The notes beneath the pieces were generated by a model, which was given only the letters and a program-made list of their open reading frames with translations, searched no databases and was not told the DNA's origin. From IMG/VR virus record IMGVR_UViG_3300025429_000083, positions 1 to 24,355 of that record: a DNA stretch of 24,355 bases; one strand, given 5' to 3'. This DNA comes from a virus (Duplodnaviria; Caudoviricetes). This document shows positions 18,965 through 24,355 of this stretch, one piece after another. Position 1 is the first letter of the stretch. The number at the start of each line of letters is the position of its first letter. The translations under genes and the position numbers were made by a program.

Positions 18965-19371
18965 TACCTTATGCAAATTACATCAAAATTGGTTTATGTC
19001 TTGTATTTATATGCGGTGTGTTTTTCGCTGGCTGGCATACTAGGGATAGGGATTTTACTATTTACAAAGACCAGGTCCGTATTGCGGCAGAAAAACAAAT
19101 TGCGGAAAATGAATCAATTAAGAAGCAACAAGAAATAACTAATAAAGGAATCAAAGATGAATATGATGCGAAATTGGCTTTGTTACGCCAGTATTATGCT
19201 AACGGGGTGCGCCAGCCAACCAGTACCGGTGCCATGTCCGGCATTTCCTCAACCGCCAAGTTATCTGATGCAATCGCCGCCTACAATCAACTTGCTTCCG
19301 ACTGTGCAATCACAACCTTACAAACCGTGACACTTCAGAAGTGGCTGACCGAACAAATGAGTATTAAATGA
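18961..19371 (+). CDS. Rz: Inner-membrane spanin (Rz-like)
   Basis: N-terminal TM followed by a coiled coil. Contains an embedded lipoprotein gene in the +1 frame. Confidence 0.85.
   Translation: MIPYANYIKIGLCLVFICGVFFAGWHTRDRDFTIYKDQVRIAAEKQIAENESIKKQQEITNKGIKDEYDAKLALLRQYYANGVRQPTSTGAMSGISSTAKLSDAIAAYNQLASDCAITTLQTVTLQKWLTEQMSIK
19157..19330 (+). CDS. Rz1: Outer-membrane lipoprotein spanin (Rz1-like), embedded in Rz
   Basis: Translated by hand: MNMMRNWLCYASIMLTG-CASQPVPVPCPAFPQPPSYLMQSPPTINLLPTVQSQPYKP (57 aa). Lipobox LTGC, Pro-rich mature part, SD AAGGA at 19145-19149. Confidence 0.88.
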   Translation: MNMMRNWLCYASIMLTGCASQPVPVPCPAFPQPPSYLMQSPPTINLLPTVQSQPYKP

Positions 19372-19958
19372 ATAATGACCAATTAGTTGCTTTAGGGATT
19401 GACCAAAAGTGGTTAGAACCGTTACAAAACACGTTTGATAAGTACGACATTAGTACCCCAGAAAGACAAGCGGCTTTTATAGGGCAATGCCAACATGAAT
19501 CTAATAATTTTAGAGTTTTGGAAGAAAACCTTCATTACTCCGCTGATGGACTTATGCGTGTTTGGCCCAGTAGATTTCCTGATAGAAACATGGCTGAACA
19601 GTATGCGAACAACCCAGAAAAAATAGCCAATAAGGTCTATGCTGGGCGCATGGGCAATACAGAATACGAAGATGGATGGAAATACCACGGTAGGGGCGTA
19701 ATACAGCTTACTGGCAAGGATAACTATGCGTTCTGCGGTTCAGCTATCAAGCAAGACCTGTTATTGAATCCTGAACTGTTGGTACAGCCAGAATGGGCTG
19801 TTATGTCGGCTGGCTGGTTTTGGAACAAAAAAGGGCTAAATGCCCTCGCTGATTTTAAAGATTACACCGAAATGACTAAAAGAATTAACGGCGGTACCTT
19901 GGGTTTAGATGACAGAATTGGTAAAATTAATAACGCATTGCAAATATTAGGGGCATAA
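19368..19958 (+). CDS. Endolysin, glycoside hydrolase family 19
   Basis: AAFIGQCQHES, EENLHYS, GWKYHGRGVIQLTGKDNY, SAGWFW and TKRINGG motifs. Confidence 0.92.
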   Translation: MNNDQLVALGIDQKWLEPLQNTFDKYDISTPERQAAFIGQCQHESNNFRVLEENLHYSADGLMRVWPSRFPDRNMAEQYANNPEKIANKVYAGRMGNTEYEDGWKYHGRGVIQLTGKDNYAFCGSAIKQDLLLNPELLVQPEWAVMSAGWFWNKKGLNALADFKDYTEMTKRINGGTLGLDDRIGKINNALQILGA

Positions 19959-19959
19959 C

Positions 19960-20178
19960 ATGGCTACAAATTTTAAAGTTGAAGGCAAGCTTGGCAATTC
20001 GCCAAAGTCACATTACATCGTTTTGCGTGAACATGAAAAGCACACAGAACATGAATTGACCAGATTAAAAGAAAAACTAGACAAGCATATTAATTTACCT
20101 ATGGAAAAGGCCCACAAGCCTGAAGGTAAGGGTTCCAGCCAAAAAGCGGCACCCCTACCTAATATGCGTAAATATTAA
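19960..20178 (+). CDS. Hypothetical protein, last gene of the late operon
   Basis: 72 aa, K/H/E-rich, starts 1 nt after the endolysin stop. Confidence 0.6.
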   Translation: MATNFKVEGKLGNSPKSHYIVLREHEKHTEHELTRLKEKLDKHINLPMEKAHKPEGKGSSQKAAPLPNMRKY

Positions 20179-20378
20179 CGAATACGGGCTACTTTAGCCT
20201 TACGTAGTACGTGTTCGTATTGTTCTTTAGCGTGGTCATCTAAGCTACGAAGTGGAAGGTTTTGATAATACTTCCACTTATCCCTATATTCTTGAAGTTC
20301 TGATGGCGGAACCCAGCCAGATAAACGCCAGCGAATAGTAATGTCGGTTCCAGCGGCGGTCCAAATGTGGTCATTCAT
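20175..20378 (-). CDS. Hypothetical protein
   Basis: Probable start MNDHIW at 20378, overlapping the upstream stop. Motif GTDI..RWR..GWVPPSE. Confidence 0.65.
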   Translation of the reverse strand: MNDHIWTAAGTDITIRWRLSGWVPPSELQEYRDKWKYYQNLPLRSLDDHAKEQYEHVLRKAKVARIR

Positions 20379-20568
20379 TATCAAATCCTTTATAGTCAAC
20401 AGTCATTTTTTCTGCAAATGTTGAAGTATTGGTTTCTATAAAATAAATACCGGAAACCATGCCAGCTTCAAAAGCTTCACGAAACAAAGCTTTTATATCT
20501 TCATCCCCTTTTTCGTGTGTAAAGTTTGAGGAATACCAATTTTCAAATACGTCTTTGGCGGCTTTCAT
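20371..20568 (-). CDS. Hypothetical protein
   Basis: 65 aa, ATGA-coupled to the upstream gene. Confidence 0.65.
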   Translation of the reverse strand: MKAAKDVFENWYSSNFTHEKGDEDIKALFREAFEAGMVSGIYFIETNTSTFAEKMTVDYKGFDNE

Positions 20569-20819
20569 GAATGGAACACTCCTATTCTATATCCGTAAGT
20601 AAATACAACAACAGCGGCAATTACAAAACCCAAAAGTCCGCTAAGTAAAATTTCCTTTAGTTCTTTCATTTGTTTATCCTTTCTTACCTTGTTTTCATGC
20701 GCTAATAATTCGTCATAAGATTTGCGGTCGCCCCAGCCCTTATCAATCATGCGCTGGCGTTGTTCAAACTTGGCTTGCGCCTGGTAATACCGTTCTGCAT
20801 CTTTTTCTGATTGCAACAT
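20565..20819 (-). CDS. Hypothetical protein with C-terminal TM segment
   Basis: 84 aa with ILLSGLLGFVIAAVVVFTY. SD AAGGGG. Confidence 0.7.
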   Translation of the reverse strand: MLQSEKDAERYYQAQAKFEQRQRMIDKGWGDRKSYDELLAHENKVRKDKQMKELKEILLSGLLGFVIAAVVVFTYGYRIGVFHS

Positions 20820-20829
20820 TCCATGCCCC

Positions 20830-21108
20830 TTATTTAGAAGTAACTTTGAGTGTGATTACTGCGGTGGTTTTGGTGTGTTTAGCAATAAGTTCTGCTGGAA
20901 CGTTTGCTTCTGCAAATACGGCTTTATTGTCAACGGTCGCACGTTGTGAAAGGATAACGCAAGCTTTAAACAAATTGCCTTCTACATGGCCTTCTTGTTG
21001 TTTAAGTTCGTTCTTAATAATTTCTGCCTGTTTTTCTAGGTCAGCGATTTGGGCTAACAACATACCCAATTGGTCAACTTTACTTAACTGAATGTCAATT
21101 GCTTTCAT
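20830..21108 (-). CDS. Hypothetical protein, first gene of early operon 2
   Basis: 92 aa with an N-terminal coiled coil (DQLGMLLAQIADLEKQA). SD AAAGGA. Confidence 0.75.
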   Translation of the reverse strand: MKAIDIQLSKVDQLGMLLAQIADLEKQAEIIKNELKQQEGHVEGNLFKACVILSQRATVDNKAVFAEANVPAELIAKHTKTTAVITLKVTSK

Positions 21109-21128
21109 GATTTTTTCCTTTGTCTAAT

Positions 21129-21180
21129 CACGGCACCGTTGCCGTATTAGTAATTTACTAAAGAAAACTTCACTACGCAA
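21129..21180 (-). promoter_or_regulatory. Early promoter P1 with operator and 5' hairpin
   Basis: On -: TTGCGT-17 nt-TAAATT. The spacer holds the imperfect palindrome at 21159-21172, followed by hairpin ACGGCA-ACGG-TGCCGT. Confidence 0.75.
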
Positions 21181-21213
21181 CAACTATTTTATTAGGACAT
21201 ACCCTTAGTTGTT

Positions 21214-21313
21214 AAAAAACAACGGTAGGCGTGAATTTGGCAACTACTAGCTGGTGGGAAGAAATGGGGAAAATTCCCACCTTGTTGCATCCTTCAACGC
21301 CCCATTGACCGCC
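21214..21313 (-). ncRNA. Predicted ~100-nt rod-shaped structured RNA or extended terminator
   Basis: Nested helices GGCGGT/ACCGTT, GGGCG/CGCCT, TGAA/TTCA, GCAAC/GTTGC and GGTGGGAA/TTCCCACC, then a T6 tract. Starts right after the nuclease stop. Confidence 0.55.
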
Positions 21314-22081
21314 TTATTTATGATTGTTCTTCAACTGCCAAAATTCTAACAGTTTGGTGAACATCAGCCAGTAGCGGTCTAAATCTGCTAAATCGTGTTC
21401 TATAAGCTTTACTTGGCCTATATGAGTACTTGATACAAAAAGATTGGCGCAACGTGCCTGGGGCATATTAAAACCCATGCGGTACGCCGCTAATTGCATA
21501 CCGTGTTCCGGGTAAATATCTACTTTAGACAAGTCGCCTTCTTTGGTTTTTATATCAACCACTATGCCGGTAAACAAATGATTGGCTTTAACGTACAAAT
21601 CGCATTTGCCGCCAAATCCTAATTCATGGGCAAATGAATGTTCTGGCAACCAAAGTTGTGGCCCAAAGTAAGCGTTTAAAGCTTCTTCCACGGGTCGGCA
21701 CATTGGAATGGCTTCTGGTATCAAGTGACCTTCAAAAAACGCCTGAATGGTCGCATGAATAGCCGTACCACGTTCTGCCGCCAATTTGCCAGTTTGTTTG
21801 GAATCTAGCATAACCCTTTCAAGCCATGATTCTTCCGTTTCACCTTCCGCTTTAGGAAGCGTTAAAGCACTTAATAGGACCTGTTGTTGCTTCCATTGGT
21901 CCAAGCCTGGCCGTGCCGCAACTCCCAATATTGTTGTGACAGATGGACATAGGTTGAGGGTGCGGGCATCACGTAAGGTCGTTCCTCTTTCTTTGCCATT
22001 TTTTCCAATGGTTGTATAGGCTGGATTGCCTTGGCGGTCATACCAATGTCCACTTTCACTTTGCCGTTCTTTAACTAGCAT
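21314..22081 (-). CDS. PD-(D/E)XK nuclease (phage exonuclease, Cas4/RecB-like fold)
   Basis: PSVTTIL, RGTAIH, E, GKCDL, VVDIKT and QLAAY motifs. ATG 22081 preferred over the GTG at 22099. Confidence 0.85.
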   Translation of the reverse strand: MLVKERQSESGHWYDRQGNPAYTTIGKNGKERGTTLRDARTLNLCPSVTTILGVAARPGLDQWKQQQVLLSALTLPKAEGETEESWLERVMLDSKQTGKLAAERGTAIHATIQAFFEGHLIPEAIPMCRPVEEALNAYFGPQLWLPEHSFAHELGFGGKCDLYVKANHLFTGIVVDIKTKEGDLSKVDIYPEHGMQLAAYRMGFNMPQARCANLFVSSTHIGQVKLIEHDLADLDRYWLMFTKLLEFWQLKNNHK

Positions 22082-22301
22082 TTTTTGGTTTTTTTCCACG
22101 TTTAGGTTTTATTTCATCAGTTGTAATGTCGTATTCAGTTGTTTCTTCAAATTCGACATGGACTGGCATATTAACAAATTTGTTACTAAATTCGCCGCAC
22201 CAATCTTGCTGTGATTTATTTTCTATGTGGGGAAAACGCTTGCAAACTCCGTATTGGTCGCTGATTTGCCCAGCGTACCATTTGCAATCAATACATTTCA
22301 T
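22071..22301 (-). CDS. Small Cys-rich (putative Zn-binding) protein
   Basis: CIDC...GVCKRFP...DWCGEF, with a basic tail. Confidence 0.7.
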   Translation of the reverse strand: MKCIDCKWYAGQISDQYGVCKRFPHIENKSQQDWCGEFSNKFVNMPVHVEFEETTEYDITTDEIKPKRGKKPKNAS

Positions 22302-22303
22302 AA

Positions 22304-22504
22304 TTATCCTAATTGATTAAGAATTAAGTTTCTGTTGTCAGAATCCAACACCCTGTCCGCACATTCACGGACAATGGCATTGGTAAACTGGGATAAATCT
22401 TCAATGCTGAAACCAATTATTTCCTGTTCATCATCGTATCCAACTTCCCGGTGTGTTTTCAGGGTGTAGGTTTCAGTCAAAATACATTTAATAGCTGGTT
22501 TCAT
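22304..22504 (-). CDS. Hypothetical protein
   Basis: Start MKPAIK at 22504 with SD GAAAGGA. Contains F...IVRECA, a small-phage-protein pattern. Confidence 0.7.
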   Translation of the reverse strand: MKPAIKCILTETYTLKTHREVGYDDEQEIIGFSIEDLSQFTNAIVRECADRVLDSDNRNLILNQLG

Positions 22505-22517
22505 ACATTTTTCCTTT

Positions 22518-23153
22518 CTAGAATGGAATATCGTCATCCAATTCTGATTCGCTGGGAACTGATACCGAATGTGGTTCAAAAGTGTTTCGGTATTCAGCAG
22601 ACTTTTTAATCAGGTTTTGCAACCCTTCCGACAACTTGTCGAACTTAGCTTGGTCAAATGGGTCCAGGCTAAATATCAACAATTCATTGATACCGGTTGG
22701 TTCGCCTAACTTTTTCATAGCGGCCGGTACTTGACTGATGCTTGCAATGTTGGCGTATTTTTTATCGTTGTAATCTGAATGGGTAATCGCCACCATGCAA
22801 AACTTTCCAAGCAATACTTCAAGATTAAATCCATCAAGTTCTGCTTGGGTAAATTCTTTGCCCCGCCAAGCTTCTAAATCCTTGCGTAGCGTTGCTTTTT
22901 CATCTAGGGAAAGGGTGTATCGCTTTGACACAACCAATGGCTTACCATCGTCCATAGCTAATGGATTGCCGTCATTATCTTCACCGTGCAACTCAAACAT
23001 ACAAATAATTTTGCGTTGCATTTTTTTCTTACCCATCCATTCAGTTGTTTGGGTGCCAATATCAATAATGCGATACAGACGTGCCAAAAAGCTTCCTGGG
23101 GGTGGAAGTTTGAAATCGGTGCTACCACTACTGTTTTGTTTAGCTACTATCAT
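22518..23153 (-). CDS. Single-stranded DNA-binding protein (phage type)
   Basis: Acidic C-terminal tail ELDDDIPF, typical of SSBs. N-terminal F...P.G...AR...IIDIGTQ. Lies near the exonuclease. Start 23153 with SD AAGGA. Confidence 0.7.
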   Translation of the reverse strand: MIVAKQNSSGSTDFKLPPPGSFLARLYRIIDIGTQTTEWMGKKKMQRKIICMFELHGEDNDGNPLAMDDGKPLVVSKRYTLSLDEKATLRKDLEAWRGKEFTQAELDGFNLEVLLGKFCMVAITHSDYNDKKYANIASISQVPAAMKKLGEPTGINELLIFSLDPFDQAKFDKLSEGLQNLIKKSAEYRNTFEPHSVSVPSESELDDDIPF

Positions 23154-23157
23154 TTTT

Positions 23158-23352
23158 TTATCCTTGTCCAAAAATTGTTCCAAATTCATTAAATAATTCC
23201 GTTAATACTTGATTCTTTACAGGTTTAGGCTTACCGCAAGCCGCACGAATTACTGCAATATCGTCTGGTGATGCGTAGTCATGTTCAATGTTTTCCAAAG
23301 CTTCTTCTAAGCGTTCTTCAAACTCTTGCATTACTTGGGCCATTTCATCCAT
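23158..23352 (-). CDS. Acidic hypothetical protein, first gene of early operon 1
   Basis: Start MDEMAQ at 23352 with SD AAGGAG. 64 aa. Confidence 0.7.
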   Translation of the reverse strand: MDEMAQVMQEFEERLEEALENIEHDYASPDDIAVIRAACGKPKPVKNQVLTELFNEFGTIFGQG

Positions 23353-23369
23353 GTCAACTCCTTTATTTT

Positions 23370-23423
23370 TCACGGCACCATTGCCGTACTTCAGAATTTA
23401 AAGTAAACTTTACCGAAAGTAAA
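23370..23423 (-). promoter_or_regulatory. Early leftward promoter P2 with operator and 5' hairpin
   Basis: On -: TTTACT (23423-23418)-17 nt-TAAATT (23400-23395). Palindrome TAAAGT-AA-ACTTTA at 23399-23412, then hairpin ACGGCA-ATGG-TGCCGT. Confidence 0.7.
23381..23409 (+). promoter_or_regulatory. Rightward promoter for the cro-like gene
   Basis: TTGCCG (23381-23386)-17 nt-TAAACT (23404-23409). The -10 lies inside the operator palindrome. Confidence 0.65.
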
Positions 23424-23450
23424 GCAATATTTACCACGTGAGGAAAATAA

Positions 23451-23681
23451 ATGACAGATGCACAAATCATTGACCTATTGGGCAAGCCAGCAAAAGTAGC
23501 TAAGTTGTGTGGCGTATCAGTCCAGGCGGTGTGTCAATGGCGTAATAACGACAGTATTCCGTTTGGCCACCTAACAACAATGGCCGCCACAATCGAAAAA
23601 GAATCGCATGGTTTAGTCACCAGAAAAACGTTGTTTCCAAACAATTGGTGGTTAATTTGGCCAGAACTAAAAAACATTTGA
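23451..23681 (+). CDS. Cro-like HTH transcriptional regulator (YdaS/Cro type)
   Basis: IIDLLG.PAKVAKLCGVSVQAVCQWR..IP helix-turn-helix and C-terminal L.P...IWPEL. SD GAGG. Confidence 0.85.
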   Translation: MTDAQIIDLLGKPAKVAKLCGVSVQAVCQWRNNDSIPFGHLTTMAATIEKESHGLVTRKTLFPNNWWLIWPELKNI

Positions 23682-23695
23682 TGTAAACTTGCTGT

Positions 23696-23888
23696 CCGTT
23701 CTTAGCTGGGGATTCACCACCACCAGCGGCTAAGACGAAAGTGCTACTGGGGGAATAAAGGATGTAACAGCACACAAGTCGGTGGCGAAGCTAGTGCCGA
23801 TTCCTTGAACGACTGGCGGGTTCTGTGGCTCCGAACAGGTAAAACAGTTGAAGGCGAACCAGGTGGGCTAGGTTCGTCCACCAAACGG
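23696..23888 (+). ncRNA. Predicted ~195-nt multi-helix structured non-coding element
   Basis: GC-rich stretch with no track ORF and five predicted helices: 23697-708/23727-737, 23741-745/23769-773, 23778-783/23796-801, 23810-815/23845-850 and 23853-860/23871-878. Confidence 0.55.
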
Positions 23889-23921
23889 TAATGTAGCTTT
23901 TATACAACATAATAAAATATC

Positions 23922-23974
23922 TATACTTCTAAAGAAATCTTTAGTATGATTCAAGTACGGTTATGTGACCGTGA
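23922..23974 (+). promoter_or_regulatory. Promoter P3 with operator and 5' hairpin, upstream of the replication-like gene
   Basis: TATACT-17 nt-TATGAT (23945-23950). The spacer holds the palindrome CTAAAGA-AA-TCTTTAG (23929-23944), then hairpin ACGGTT-ATGT-GACCGT and SD AAGGA. Confidence 0.7.
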
Positions 23975-23990
23975 ATGAAAAGGACTAAAA

Positions 23991-24355
23991 ATGTTTGAAC
24001 AGTTTTGGAAGTTATATCCACGAAAAGTAGCAAAGAAAGCCGCACAAACCGCATTTCAACGGCTTTCAAAAGATGACCAAGAAAAATGTGTTGAATCTAT
24101 TGAACAGCACGTTGCATATTGGAAGTTAAAAGAAACAGCAACAGAATTTATTCCCCACGCAAGCAGTTGGATTAATGGATTACGGTTTCTTGACGAATTG
24201 GACATGACCCCAAAAGAAATGAAACGGCCAGCATTGCCTTGGTATAGTAATGATGAATTAACTATCGCCAAAGGGCGGGAATTAGGATTAAATGCTTACG
24301 CCGGCGAATCAATGGCCCAGTATAGACAGCGAATCAGCCAAGCAATTGGAAAGGT
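23991..24355 (+). CDS. Replication-initiator C-terminal-domain-like protein (3' end outside window)
   Basis: Not in the ORF track. Hand translation: MFEQFWKLYPRKVAKKAAQTAFQRL...FIPHASSWINGLRFLDE...AKGRELGLNAYAGESMAQYRQRI. F..FW..YP.K..K..A and P...W.N..R..DE are patterns I know from the C-terminal half of phage replisome organisers. In-frame stop at 23976 upstream. Confidence 0.7.
   Translation, partial: MFEQFWKLYPRKVAKKAAQTAFQRLSKDDQEKCVESIEQHVAYWKLKETATEFIPHASSWINGLRFLDELDMTPKEMKRPALPWYSNDELTIAKGRELGLNAYAGESMAQYRQRISQAIGK

Noticed and set aside
243-19688. Many 60-100-aa minus-strand ORFs within late genes
   Set aside because: They are antisense shadows of well-supported genes, with no recognisable motifs.
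21314-22081. CRISPR-associated Cas4 or CRISPR array
   Set aside because: No four-Cys Fe-S pattern, no other cas genes and no regularly spaced repeats. The SSB neighbourhood fits a recombination exonuclease.
20846-23196. Plus-strand ORFs opposite the early genes
   Set aside because: Antisense to coupled, SD-bearing genes with recognisable products.
23681-23686. ATG-TAA start-stop element overlapping the cro stop
   Set aside because: No SD, and easily arises by chance. Unsupported without conservation data.
23682-23890. Hammerhead ribozyme or tRNA
   Set aside because: GACGAAA is present but there is no CTGANGA core, and no cloverleaf with a TTC loop and acceptor stem.
24056-24271. 71-aa minus-strand ORF
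   Set aside because: Antisense to the better-supported + gene starting at 23991.

Overview
The window is about 24 kb of a tailed dsDNA phage with P22-like (short-tailed) gene order; spanin genes imply a Gram-negative host. The + strand (79-20178) is the late region. It encodes scaffold, P22-type coat protein, four small virion proteins, a long fibre followed by three tip-module/small-partner gene pairs, gp4-like and gp10-like tail proteins, three ejection proteins (the last with an M15 peptidase domain), a collar-domain spike, and a lysis cassette. The lysis cassette has three membrane proteins, Rz with an embedded Rz1 missing from the ORF track, and a GH19 endolysin. The - strand (20175-23352) holds two early operons with small proteins, a PD-(D/E)XK nuclease and an SSB. 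These are followed on + by a Cro-like HTH gene, a ~200-nt structured non-coding element and a replication-initiator-like gene lacking its usual N-terminal domain (truncated by the window edge). Highlights: (i) two predicted structured non-coding elements (21214-21313, 23696-23888) that share sequence words; (ii) one promoter-operator-hairpin architecture repeated three times with compensatory base changes; (iii) a fibre-tip cassette array with an exact 15-bp junction repeat. All family assignments come from motif recognition and synteny by eye; no searches or folding programs were run.
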